Source: an uncultured Myxococcales bacterium
GTDB lineage: Bacteria; Myxococcota; B64-G9
Length of the DNA: 64,000 bases
Direction: 5' to 3'
Assembly (NCBI GenBank): GCA_964633205.1
Contig: CAZWFN010000016.1
Coordinates: forward strand, 50-64,049
The notes under the pieces were generated by a model. It ran no database searches. It was not told where the DNA came from and saw only the letters and a program-made list of their open reading frames with translations. This document shows, piece after piece, positions 35,913 through 45,464 of the stretch (its first letter is position 1; each line of letters starts with the position of its first letter). A program made the translations under genes and the position numbers.

Positions 35913-37334
35913 ATGGATTCACCAGGCGCTGTCGGAGGCGGATTTGCCGGCTTGGTCACGGCGCTGCTGCTGGCGCTGGGGCTCGGCGCCAGCCGGACCG
36001 CCGAGGCCGGTGGCTACTATTTGCCCGACCGCGGCGTGCGGGCCTTCGCCCGCGGCGGGGCCTTCGTGGTGGGCGCCGACGACCTGTCGGCCCTGTGGTA
36101 CAACCCGGCCACCCTGGCCGGCCAGCCCGGCACCCGGCTGCATATGGACCTGGCCCTGATCGACTACCGCATGCACTTCGAGCGCTACAGCGTGCCCGAG
36201 GTGGGCGTGGCCTACGAGCCGGTGGACAATCGGGCGCCGCCGCTGCCCGATCCCTCCATCGCCATCTCGACCGATTTCGGTCTCGACGATTTCGTCATCG
36301 CCTTCGGCGCCTACGGGCCTTATACCGGGCTGAACCGCTACCCCGAGCAGGGCGCCCAGCGCTACGCCCTGATCCGGGCCGACAACCTGGGCTACGTGCT
36401 CGAGTTGGCCGCCGCCTGGGAGCCGCTGGCCGGCCTGCGGCTGGGGGCCGGGCTGGCCCTGTTCAGCCTGGAGATCAACAACACCCAGGCGGCCTCGGCC
36501 TTCCCGGGCCTGTTCGGCGGGCCGGAGGAGCGCGACCTGGACGGGTTGGTGCAGTTCGTGGCCGGCGATCACTTCCGGCCGGCCGCGGTGGCCGGGCTGT
36601 GGCTGCGCCCGGCCGCCTGGTTCGGCTCCGACCTGGGGCTGGAGCTCGGCCTGGCCTTCATGAGCGGCATCCATTTCACCGCCGAGGGCGTGCTGCGCTC
36701 GCGGCTGCCGGACCACTATTACTACGACCAGGTCTATCTGGACCCGGCCGAACCGAAGGTCGAGACCCGCTTCGACTTCCCCTGGGTGGTGCGCGCCGGG
36801 CTGCGCTACGTCGACGAGCAGGCCCGGTTCGACGTGGAGCTGGACTTCGTCTGGGAGGGCTGGTCCTGCTTCGAGAAGATCGTGGTCGAGACCGTGGAGC
36901 CGGCCTACTACCGCGACGTGCCCACCATCGGCGACTACCTGGTGCTGCCCTTGGTGCTCGACCGGCGCTTCCGCGACACCTGGAGCCTGCGGCTGGGCGG
37001 CTCCTGGTGGCCGCTGGACTGGCTGGTGCTGCGGCTGGGCGGCTACTTCGAGCGCGGCGCGGCGCCGGACGCCTACTACACCGTGGCCACCCCGGACGCG
37101 GACAAGTGGGCGCTGGCCTTCGGCGCCGGCGCGGTCTGGGGCGCGTTCGAGTTCGACCTGGGCTACATGCACGTGTTCCAGCTCGATCGCGACATCGCGG
37201 TGGCCGACAGCCGCTACACCCAGACCAATCCCTCCAACCCCGAGGGCAGCGTGACCATCGGCGGCGGGCGCTACTCCAGCGCCTACGACGTGTTCGGTCT
37301 CAGCCTGCTGGTGCGCATCGACAGCTGGTTCTGA
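35913..37334 (+). CDS. Outer-membrane beta-barrel transporter, FadL/TodX (OMPP1) family-like
   Basis: Signal peptide. GGYYLPDRGVRAFARGGAFVVGADDLSALWYNPA N-terminal hatch-like motif. C-terminal ...LLVRIDSWF. Confidence 0.6.
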   Translation: MDSPGAVGGGFAGLVTALLLALGLGASRTAEAGGYYLPDRGVRAFARGGAFVVGADDLSALWYNPATLAGQPGTRLHMDLALIDYRMHFERYSVPEVGVAYEPVDNRAPPLPDPSIAISTDFGLDDFVIAFGAYGPYTGLNRYPEQGAQRYALIRADNLGYVLELAAAWEPLAGLRLGAGLALFSLEINNTQAASAFPGLFGGPEERDLDGLVQFVAGDHFRPAAVAGLWLRPAAWFGSDLGLELGLAFMSGIHFTAEGVLRSRLPDHYYYDQVYLDPAEPKVETRFDFPWVVRAGLRYVDEQARFDVELDFVWEGWSCFEKIVVETVEPAYYRDVPTIGDYLVLPLVLDRRFRDTWSLRLGGSWWPLDWLVLRLGGYFERGAAPDAYYTVATPDADKWALAFGAGAVWGAFEFDLGYMHVFQLDRDIAVADSRYTQTNPSNPEGSVTIGGGRYSSAYDVFGLSLLVRIDSWF

Positions 37335-37341
37335 CCGCGGC

Positions 37342-37452
37342 GGATCCCCAACTCACTGCATGCCGTCTCTGCGTTCGATCAAGACATGGACCCCCGCCCG
37401 CAGGGCGGGGGGATCCCCAACTCACTGCATGCCGTCTCTGCGTTTGATCATC
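37342..37452. repeat. Two copies of a 40-bp direct repeat (GGATCCCCAACTCACTGCATGCCGTCTCTGCGTT[C/T]GATCA) 69 bp apart, flanking a GC hairpin CCCCGCCCGCAGGGCGGGG
   Basis: Read directly at 37342-37383 and 37411-37452. Sits between two convergent genes. The second copy supplies the last codons (GMQ) and the stop of the 37422-40544 ORF. Confidence 0.6.
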
Positions 37453-40400
37453 AGGTAGAGCTTCTCGATGCCGCGCTCCTCGTCGAGCAGGTAGTCGGCC
37501 ACCTCGCCGAGCATGGCGGCCAGGTCCGCCGGGGTCAGCGCTTCGCTGGCCAGCGGGTCGGCGCGGTGGATGGCGCCGATCAGGTAGAGCAGGTCTTCCA
37601 GCGGCGCGGGTTGGCCCGGGCCGGCCGGGGCGGTGGCGTTGGCCAGCAGCTCGGCGGCCACCCGCACCGGTGGGCCGTCGTCGGCCGGCACCCGAATGGC
37701 CAGCAGCTCGCCGACCAGCGCCAGCGCGCGGCTCACCCAGCGCAGCTGCGCCTTCGGCTCGAAGGCGCTGGGCAGCGGCGTGCAGGCGGCCCCCGGCGCC
37801 CAGCGCCAGCCCTGGCCGTCCGGGTCCAGCCGGGCCGCCAGGCTGTGGCCCAGCGGCACGGTCAGCGCGTCGACCTGCAGGTGCTGGATGCACCAGGCGG
37901 CCAGCCGCCGCGACTCGCGCACCCGCTGCGGATCGCCGCGGTCGAGCAGGTCGAGCGCCAGCCCGTCGATGCGTCCGGGCAGCGTCGGGTGGTCGAGCAG
38001 CAGGCGCCAGGCATCCAGCAGGCGCGGCAGGCTGCGGCCGGCCACCAGCTCGCGGAAGTCGGCGTCGATCGCCGCCAGCTCGGCCGACAGCGTGCCGGCA
38101 TCGACCTCGGCCCGGGCCCGCCGGCGCAGGAAGTCGAGCGCATTGAGCAGCAGCAGCCAGGCCTGCCGGTTGGCGAAGCGCCAGCGCTCGCCGTCGCGCT
38201 CGACCGCCAGGAAGCGGTCGGCGATCAGCTCGGCGGCGCGCTCCAGCGCGGCCTCGGCCTGCGCATCGTCGGCCAGCGCCCGGTCGACCAGCCGTAGCGC
38301 GTCGAGCAGCAGGTAGAGGCGGCTGATGGGCGCCACCGGGCTGGCGCCGTCGCCGCCGGGCACGCTGGTCGCGCCGTCGTGGCGCCGCAGGGCCGCATCC
38401 GGCTGCAGCAGGTGGCGGGTCAGCCGATCCAGCTCGCCGATCACCCAGTAGCCGTTGGGCGTCTCGCGGTCCTGCAGCGAGGCCAGCAGGTCGACCAGGG
38501 CGTCGACCACCTCGGTGGTCTCCAGGATCTCAAGCAGCATGGGCTCGAGCGGGCGCAGCCCGGCACAGGCCGGCGCGGCGTGGGGCACGTTGGCCGAGTA
38601 GTGCGGGTGCACCGCCGCCAGCAGGCCCTCCAGCACCTCGGTGCCCGAGGGCGCGTCCCCGCGATCCAGCTCCACCACCGCAGTCCACATCGGCCGCAGC
38701 CCGTCGAGCAGGCCGGTGAACTCCATGGCCATCAGGGCCTCGCCGTTGTAGCAGCGGATCTCGTGGCCCTCGCGCCCGACCGGGTTGCCCAGCACGTCGT
38801 GGTCGGCCACCATGAAGCGGTTGACCTCCTCGGTCGTCGGCGTGCTGTCCGAGAACTCGAGCACGGCGCTGGCCACGTACCACTCCACCTCGATCAGATC
38901 CGCGCTGGAGTCCAGGTAGAAGGCCAGCATGTCCGGGATGGGAAAGGGCTCCCAGCCGGCCACGCTGAACGAGTGCGGGATGCCGTGGGTGTCGTGGATC
39001 AGGTGCACCCCGCGCTGCAGGTTGGAGCGGTTGCGGTACGCATCGTCCGGGGCGGTGAAGTCGGTGGGCTGGCGCAGCTGCAGGTAGTGGTCGTAGGTGT
39101 CGTAGCCGTCGTAGCAGTCCCAGCCCGGCGGCACCAGCGAGCGGTAGCGGATCATCTCGGCCAGCCCAGGGCCGAGTTGGTGCCAGCGCGGATCGGCGAA
39201 GCTCTCCAGGATGCGCAGCAGATAGGCCCGCTCGGCCATCTGGATCAGGTGCGGCATCAGGTCGTCGAGCAGGCTGTTGTGGGCCCGCAGATCGGTGTCC
39301 GGGTAGCGCTCGACCACCGCGGCCACCGCCTCCAGCTCGTGGACCAGCCGCGCCAGCTGGGCCTCGTGGTGCTCGGCGATGGTCAGCAGCGTCTCGAGCA
39401 GCTGCGGCAGCCGGGGGGTGTCGGCCGCGGCCAGCCCGGCGTGGACCAGCGCCACCGCCGGCGAGCTGTCCGGGTCGTGGCCGGCGTAGACGCCCCGCTC
39501 GTCGGTCAGCGCGGCGGTGGGGCCCAGCAGCGCGGGCAGGGCGTCGGGCAGCTGCCACAGCAGGCCGTCGCGCAGCAGCGGCTCGAGCTGGGCCAGCGCC
39601 GCGGCCAGCGGGGTCTGGCCCAGCTCGGCGTAGCGGTAGACCAGCCGGCCGTCGACCCGGGTGCGCTCGCCGGCGGCGTCGAAGGGCGGCGGGGCGGCCA
39701 GCGGCTGGTCGGCGGCGTCGAGGTAGTCGCCGCTGTGCGGATCCACGTCGGCCAGCCCGTCCCGGTCCCCGTCGACGAAGGGCGGCGGGATGGCGCCGCT
39801 GGCCGGGTCGGGGGCCACCAGGGCGCGCCCGCGGGCGTCGACCCGCACCACCCACTGCGCCGCCTGGCCGCCGGCCGCATCGCGCAAGCGCGGATCGGCG
39901 CTGAGCAGCCAGTCGCGCAATGCGGCCCAAGCGCCGGCGGGCTCGACCGGTTCCGCGCGCCGCTCGGCCAGCCAGCCGCTCAGCGCGGCCAGCAGGGCGG
40001 ACAGCGTGTCGTCCTCGTCGCCGGGACAGAACTGGCTGTCCAGCCCGTCGTGCGCCAGGAACAGCGCGACCAGCTCGGCGATCAGGTCGGCCGCGTCCGG
40101 CCGTTGGCCCAGCCGCAGCAGCAGCGGCAGCAGGGCCTCGTCGGCGCCGTAGCCCGCCGGCCGGCGGGCATACCACACCGCCCGCTGCAGCGCCTCGTCG
40201 GCCGCCAGCTCCTGGCCCAGCACGCAGGCGGCCGGGCGCAGCACGGCCTGCATGCGACCGGCGTCGTACAGCGGCAGGGTCTCGATCAGAAAGGCCTGCA
40301 GCGCTCCGAGCAGCGGTTCGGGCATCAGGGCGTCGACCGCGCGGACGAAGCGTTCCCGCTCGCGGCCCAGCGCCTGGCCCTTGGCCGGCTGCAGCCGATC

Positions 40401-40544
40401 CAGGTCCTGCTGCAGGATGCGGTGGATCTCCTCGCCGAAGCTGCCCCGCGGCGCCGGACGGCGCTCGGTGTCCAGCTCGTACTGGCAAGCGGGCAGCGCC
40501 AAGGCGAAGCCCAACAACGAGCAAGCATGAACGATGCGCACCAT
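37422..40544 (-). CDS. Large (~1040 aa) hypothetical lipoprotein, no recognisable domain
   Basis: MVRIVHACSLLGFALALPAC lipobox. Long acidic/Leu-rich coding-like ORF. C-terminal residues run into the direct repeat. Confidence 0.5.
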   Translation of the reverse strand: MVRIVHACSLLGFALALPACQYELDTERRPAPRGSFGEEIHRILQQDLDRLQPAKGQALGRERERFVRAVDALMPEPLLGALQAFLIETLPLYDAGRMQAVLRPAACVLGQELAADEALQRAVWYARRPAGYGADEALLPLLLRLGQRPDAADLIAELVALFLAHDGLDSQFCPGDEDDTLSALLAALSGWLAERRAEPVEPAGAWAALRDWLLSADPRLRDAAGGQAAQWVVRVDARGRALVAPDPASGAIPPPFVDGDRDGLADVDPHSGDYLDAADQPLAAPPPFDAAGERTRVDGRLVYRYAELGQTPLAAALAQLEPLLRDGLLWQLPDALPALLGPTAALTDERGVYAGHDPDSSPAVALVHAGLAAADTPRLPQLLETLLTIAEHHEAQLARLVHELEAVAAVVERYPDTDLRAHNSLLDDLMPHLIQMAERAYLLRILESFADPRWHQLGPGLAEMIRYRSLVPPGWDCYDGYDTYDHYLQLRQPTDFTAPDDAYRNRSNLQRGVHLIHDTHGIPHSFSVAGWEPFPIPDMLAFYLDSSADLIEVEWYVASAVLEFSDSTPTTEEVNRFMVADHDVLGNPVGREGHEIRCYNGEALMAMEFTGLLDGLRPMWTAVVELDRGDAPSGTEVLEGLLAAVHPHYSANVPHAAPACAGLRPLEPMLLEILETTEVVDALVDLLASLQDRETPNGYWVIGELDRLTRHLLQPDAALRRHDGATSVPGGDGASPVAPISRLYLLLDALRLVDRALADDAQAEAALERAAELIADRFLAVERDGERWRFANRQAWLLLLNALDFLRRRARAEVDAGTLSAELAAIDADFRELVAGRSLPRLLDAWRLLLDHPTLPGRIDGLALDLLDRGDPQRVRESRRLAAWCIQHLQVDALTVPLGHSLAARLDPDGQGWRWAPGAACTPLPSAFEPKAQLRWVSRALALVGELLAIRVPADDGPPVRVAAELLANATAPAGPGQPAPLEDLLYLIGAIHRADPLASEALTPADLAAMLGEVADYLLDEERGIEKLYLMIKRRDGMQ

Positions 40545-40717
40545 GGTGTCGCTCCCCGGGGTCGATCCAGACCATGATAACCGATCGCTCGCCGGCAGCC
40601 CAGCCCCCTTGGCAGCGGCGGCGCGGTGGCCTGGACGGCTCCGTTGCAATCTTGAAAAGTTGCGGTTTTTGCAGGGGGCATGCTACCTTGGCGGCGGATT
40701 CGGGAGGGTGTGAGACC

Positions 40718-42223
40718 TTGGAGGCCGGTGACCGCTTCGGCGAGTACGTGATCATCAAGCGCCTGGCAGCGGGTGGCATGGCCGAGGTGTACCTGGCCCG
40801 CAGGTCCGGCGTCGGCGGCTTCACCAAGCCGCTGGCGATGAAGGTCATCCTGCCGCAGCACGCCCAGAACAAGGACTTCATCAAGATGTTCCTGGACGAG
40901 GCGCGGCTGTGCGTCCATCTCCAACACGCCAACATCGCCGAGGTGATCGATCTGGGCGAGGTCGAGGGCCAGTACTTCATCGCCATGGAGTTCGCCCATG
41001 GCATGGACCTGCAGCAGATCTCGCGCAAGACCCGCAAGAGCGGCCGGCTGCTGCCGCTGCCCTACGCCGCCAAGATCATCAGCCAGGTGGCCGAGGGGCT
41101 CTACTACGCCCACACCAAGTCCGACAAGCAGGGCCAGCCGCTGGGCATCGTCCACCGAGACATCAGCCCGCACAACGTGATCTTGACTTTCGACGGCCAG
41201 GCCAAGCTGATCGACTTCGGCATCGCCAAGGCCACGGTGACCTACAGGGAAGAAGAGGAGGGCGTGCTCAAGGGCAAGTTCTCCTACATGTCGCCGGAGC
41301 AGATCCGCGGCATGCCGATCGATCCGCGCTCGGACATCTTCGCCCTGGGCATCGTGTTGTGGGAGGTGTGCACCGGCGCCAGCCTGTACCGCGAGTCGTC
41401 GGAGCTGCTGACCATGGAGGCCATCCTGCGCAAGCCGGTGCCCAAGCCGCGCGAGCTGCGCGGCGACATGCCGGCCAACCTCGAGGCCATCATCCTCAAG
41501 GCGCTGGCCAAGCGCACCGTGGATCGCTTCCAGACCGCCTTCGACATGCACCAGGCGCTGGAGGGCTACCTCAACCACAGCGGCTGGAACGTGGGCACGC
41601 TGCACCTGTCCGAGTTCATGTGCAAGCTGTTCCCGGAGGACTACACCACCATCCGCGACCTGCTCGATCGGGAGCGACAAAAGGCCGAACAGGAAGGGGC
41701 ACAGCCCCGACAGGACTTCGTCGCCTGGGAGCCTTACGAGGAAGACGAGCCCAGCGGCGAGGTCGAGGTGGTGGCCGCTGGGGGCGGGGGCCCGGGCCAG
41801 CTGCCCCCGGCGCCCGGCGGGCCGCGTCCCACCCCGCCGCCGGTGGCGGCCGGGCGCTCCGGGCCGCCCTGGGCCCTGATCGCCATCATCGTGCTGCTGG
41901 TGCTGCTGCTCGGCGTGGGCCTGGGCATCTTGATCCTGCTGTCGGGCGACGACGAGGCGGGCGGCGGCGACCAGCCACCGCCGCCGGCGGCGCAGCAGGT
42001 GGTCAGCGGCAAGCTGCAGCTCGACTCCGAGCCCTCGGGCGCGGCGGTCGCCATCAACGGCAAGGCTTACGGCCGGACGCCGGTGACGGCGGAGGAGCTG
42101 CCGCTCGACGAGGAGCTGACCGTCCGGTTCGAAAAGCCCGGCTACGAGGGCTATACCATCCCGGTGCGGTTGTCCAAGGCGCGCGCCGAGGCCTCGTTCA
42201 CCGCCGACCTCAATCCGGAGTAG
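40718..42223 (+). CDS. Ser/Thr protein kinase with one TM segment and a C-terminal extracytoplasmic PEGA-like domain
   Basis: TTG start with GGGAGGG RBS. FGEYVIIKRLAAGGMAEVY, AMKVI, HRDISPHNVIL, DFGIAKA, SPEQ kinase subdomains. Pro-rich linker. TM WALIAIIVLLVLLLGVGLGILILL. Then ...KPGYEGYTIPV. Confidence 0.8.
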   Translation: MEAGDRFGEYVIIKRLAAGGMAEVYLARRSGVGGFTKPLAMKVILPQHAQNKDFIKMFLDEARLCVHLQHANIAEVIDLGEVEGQYFIAMEFAHGMDLQQISRKTRKSGRLLPLPYAAKIISQVAEGLYYAHTKSDKQGQPLGIVHRDISPHNVILTFDGQAKLIDFGIAKATVTYREEEEGVLKGKFSYMSPEQIRGMPIDPRSDIFALGIVLWEVCTGASLYRESSELLTMEAILRKPVPKPRELRGDMPANLEAIILKALAKRTVDRFQTAFDMHQALEGYLNHSGWNVGTLHLSEFMCKLFPEDYTTIRDLLDRERQKAEQEGAQPRQDFVAWEPYEEDEPSGEVEVVAAGGGGPGQLPPAPGGPRPTPPPVAAGRSGPPWALIAIIVLLVLLLGVGLGILILLSGDDEAGGGDQPPPPAAQQVVSGKLQLDSEPSGAAVAINGKAYGRTPVTAEELPLDEELTVRFEKPGYEGYTIPVRLSKARAEASFTADLNPE

Positions 42224-42251
42224 ACGACCGCGGCCCAGCCCCGGGCGGGCG

Positions 42252-45200
42252 TCACACCGGGTTGGTGGGCCCGTCGTCGTACTCGCCGTCGTCGGCCAGC
42301 CGCCCGTCCTCCGACACCGCCAGCAGGGCCCGCAGCCGATCGGTCAGCGCCAAAAAGATGCCGTGCAGCAGCTCGACCCGGTCCGAGACCAGGTCCATGA
42401 AGTCCAGCCGGTCGATGACCAGGGCCTGGCAGTCGGTGCAGCAGACGGCCGAGGCGGCGTGCGGCTTCTGGTCCAACAGGCTGACCCCGCCGAGGCTGGC
42501 CCGTTCGCACAACCGCAGCAGCTTTCGACTGCCCTTGACGATCTCGACCTCGCCCCCGGTGATGATGTAGAGCGCATCGCCCGGCTCGCCCTCGCGCAGC
42601 ACGGTCTCGCCGGCGGCGAAGAGCACCGGACGCGCGATGGCGGCCAGAGCGGTCAGATCGTCGAGGTTGTTCTCGTGGAAGATGTCGACCGATTCCAGGA
42701 ACAGCACCTTCTCCATCACGTCCATGGTCGAGACCCCTTCGAACATCACCGGAAAGCGGTCGGCGCAATCCGCGCCGTGCCGGCGGCGGGCGAAGATCGC
42801 CGTCGCCTTGAGCAGTAGATCCTTCGAGCGGCTCAGCTCCTCGAGCTCGCCGGCCACCCGGTCGGCGCCGATGGCGTCGTCAGGCCCCGGTCGCGTGGCC
42901 AGCAGGTCCCAGTGCCGCTCCAGCAGCGGCACCAGCCGTTCGCGGGTCTCGCGATCGAGCACGTTGTCGAGCAGCTCCAGGGCGTCGAGGAAGTCCTCGC
43001 GGTTGGAGGCGCGCAAGCGATGCAGGATGGACATCAGCGTGCGATGGGGATGGATCAAACCCAGCACGCGGAAGGCCACCTCCACGTTCTGCTCCAGCCG
43101 GTCGCGCAAGGCCCGCAGCAGCAGCTCGTCGGCCGGCAGGTGGCGGGCGATCTCGCGGTAGAGCGAGGCGTAGTAGCGGTAAGCGTCCAGCCGGCGATCG
43201 ACCGCCTGCAGGGCCCATTTGCGATCGAAGTGCACCTCGGGTGAGGTGCGGATGCCGCTCAGGGCCAGCGCGATGCGGTAGCGCAGGATGGCGTGGTCCT
43301 GGATGTTGGAGAACAGCAGCACCTCGCCGGCGCGCTGGGTGCCGATCATGCGGATCACCCGCGGCAGGCGCAGCCGCACCGTCAGCGGCCGGTCGCGGTC
43401 GTTGAGCCACTCCTCGAGCACGTCCAGCACCGCATCGCCGTATGCGGCCAGCGCGTCGCGGGCCTGGACCCGCACCTCGCGATCGCCGAGCAGCCCCAGC
43501 AGCCGCGGCACCAGCTCCGCGCGCTGGATCCGACCGGCGCTCATGGCCGCCAGCCGCCGCACGGATGGGTCGGGATCGGTCAGGTAGGTGTTCAGGTGCA
43601 GCGTGTAGCGGCTGTGGCCCAGTCGGCCGAGCAGCTTGGCGGTCTCGCGGCGCTGGCCGGGGGTGGCTTCGTGACCCTTGTCCAGCACTCCTTCCAGCAC
43701 GCCGATGGCCGGGTTGTCCGCGCCGAAGCCGCGCAGCCGCAGCAGGTGCTCGATGGCCGCGGCCACCAGCCCGGGATCGTCGGAGCGCAGGTAGGGCGCC
43801 AGAGCGCCGCTGGCGCGATCCGGGTCCAGCGCCACCATGGCCCCGAGGGCGGCCACCCGACAGCGCCGGGTGCCGGCGTTGATGATGCCCAGCAGGTCGA
43901 ACAAGAACTCCTTGTAGCCGCGTTTGGCGATGGCCTCGAGCACCGCGATGCGGATGCGCTCCGAGGGGTGTTCGAGCAGCCGGCGCAGGGGCTCTTGCAG
44001 CGGCACATTGGGGCTGTCGGCCAACAACTGCAGGGCGGTCAGCATCAGCTTCTCGTCGCCGCTGTCCAGCGCCCGCAGCAAGGCGCGGCGCGAGTTGGCG
44101 TCCTCGATCTGCAGCTCCACCCGCTCGCTGGCGCCCACCCGCAGCCGGTCGGTCAGCACGCTGACGTAGAGCGTGCGCAGCCGCAGCAGCATGGCCACCA
44201 TGACCAGGATCAGCGCCAGGATGATCAGCTGCCAGGCGGGCGGATCGAGCAGCGGCGCCAGCAGCAGCAGCAGCCCGCCGCCGACCGCGTAGCCCAGCTT
44301 GCGCAACAGCCCGTCGATCGCCCCGCGGGCCGAGGCCCGCAGGCCGGTGGGCACCGGGTTGTACATCAACTGCAAGGCGGCCTGGTTGATCGACATCGAG
44401 CCCGAGTTCTCGATGATCTTCAGCGCGTAGATCACCAAAAAGACCGGGAACACCATCGACACCACCGCGGTGGCGGCCATGCCGGCCGGCACGATCAGCA
44501 GGTAGTAGAATATGCCGATGCGGCGCAGGATCTGGTTGGCCAGCAGGAACAGAAAGATCACCGAGATAATGCCCACCCAGGTGTTCAGATCGCCGAACAG
44601 CACGGCCAACTGGTCCTCGCCCAGCAGCTCGCGGGCCGAGGTGCGAAACAGGTAGTCGACGAAGGAGGTCAGCACCATGCCCAGCATCATCAGCAGCCCG
44701 AAGGTGCGTGGATAGGCCTGGGTGAACACGTAGCGCAGCCCGGCGCGCAGGCTGGTCGACCGGTGGGCCGGCAGCGCGTCGGCCCGGCCCTGGTGCTTGG
44801 TCAGCACCCAGGCGGCCCCCAGGCTGACGATCAGGGCGCCGGCGGCGCACAGCAGCAGGTTGTCGGCGTGCAGGTGAGGGCCGAAATGGTGGACGAACAG
44901 GCCGCCGAAGATCGAGCCCGACATGCCGCCGCCGGACAGGACCCCGAAGACCCGCCTGCCTTCTTGGGGATCGAAGATGTCGCCGGCCACCGACCAGAAC
45001 TGGATGTTCAGCGCGGTGGCTGCCACCTCGGCGAACAGGTAGACGAAGGGGCTGACCGCCAGCACCTCGAAGCGCAGCAGGGCCCAGCAGGCGGTGTAGA
45101 CGCAGCCGGTGGCGGCCAGGCTGACCAGGCGCAGCCGGCGGCGGCGGGGGTCGGCCAGGATCTTGGAAGCGAACAGCACCACCACGGCCACCCCGATGGC

Positions 45201-45443
45201 CACCAGGATGTAGAGGTAGGGCAGGTGGCGCGGGTTGTGGCGGCTGAGGAACAGGGCGTTGGAGGCCGACTTGACCATCACCACGTGGGCCACGAAGAAG
45301 AAGTAAAACAGGGTGGCCCACAGGGTGCGGCCCGCCTCGGCGGAGCGGACGCCCGCGATCTTGGCGATCCAGTTCGACAAGCGGCTGTCTTCCCTCGGAA
45401 AAATGCTCGGCCGATGATATGGCAGCCGGCCGCCCGAGATCAA
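42252..45443 (-). CDS. Fusion protein: N-terminal TLC/MFS-type 12-TM transporter domain, central HEAT-like repeats, C-terminal cyclic-nucleotide-binding domain
   Basis: About 430 aa of polytopic membrane domain resembling ATP/ADP-translocase-like MFS. Repeating ...RxxAxxALGxL... HEAT/PBS-lyase-like units. C-terminal cNMP-binding beta-roll (GEPGDALYIITGGEVEI). Start is TTG, exact 5' end uncertain. Confidence 0.6.
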   Translation of the reverse strand: MISGGRLPYHRPSIFPREDSRLSNWIAKIAGVRSAEAGRTLWATLFYFFFVAHVVMVKSASNALFLSRHNPRHLPYLYILVAIGVAVVVLFASKILADPRRRRLRLVSLAATGCVYTACWALLRFEVLAVSPFVYLFAEVAATALNIQFWSVAGDIFDPQEGRRVFGVLSGGGMSGSIFGGLFVHHFGPHLHADNLLLCAAGALIVSLGAAWVLTKHQGRADALPAHRSTSLRAGLRYVFTQAYPRTFGLLMMLGMVLTSFVDYLFRTSARELLGEDQLAVLFGDLNTWVGIISVIFLFLLANQILRRIGIFYYLLIVPAGMAATAVVSMVFPVFLVIYALKIIENSGSMSINQAALQLMYNPVPTGLRASARGAIDGLLRKLGYAVGGGLLLLLAPLLDPPAWQLIILALILVMVAMLLRLRTLYVSVLTDRLRVGASERVELQIEDANSRRALLRALDSGDEKLMLTALQLLADSPNVPLQEPLRRLLEHPSERIRIAVLEAIAKRGYKEFLFDLLGIINAGTRRCRVAALGAMVALDPDRASGALAPYLRSDDPGLVAAAIEHLLRLRGFGADNPAIGVLEGVLDKGHEATPGQRRETAKLLGRLGHSRYTLHLNTYLTDPDPSVRRLAAMSAGRIQRAELVPRLLGLLGDREVRVQARDALAAYGDAVLDVLEEWLNDRDRPLTVRLRLPRVIRMIGTQRAGEVLLFSNIQDHAILRYRIALALSGIRTSPEVHFDRKWALQAVDRRLDAYRYYASLYREIARHLPADELLLRALRDRLEQNVEVAFRVLGLIHPHRTLMSILHRLRASNREDFLDALELLDNVLDRETRERLVPLLERHWDLLATRPGPDDAIGADRVAGELEELSRSKDLLLKATAIFARRRHGADCADRFPVMFEGVSTMDVMEKVLFLESVDIFHENNLDDLTALAAIARPVLFAAGETVLREGEPGDALYIITGGEVEIVKGSRKLLRLCERASLGGVSLLDQKPHAASAVCCTDCQALVIDRLDFMDLVSDRVELLHGIFLALTDRLRALLAVSEDGRLADDGEYDDGPTNPV

Positions 45444-45464
45444 TCGCCGCGGCGCAGGATCGGC

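Noticed and set aside
37342-37452. Possible CRISPR array
   Set aside because: Only two repeat copies with a single 29-bp interval that is itself a GC hairpin. No cas genes, no leader. Called a simple direct repeat.
37386-40577. Plus-strand ORFs (37386-38297, 37633-38316, 38379-40577) antisense to the large lipoprotein
   Set aside because: Shadow ORFs. 37386 starts inside the direct repeat.
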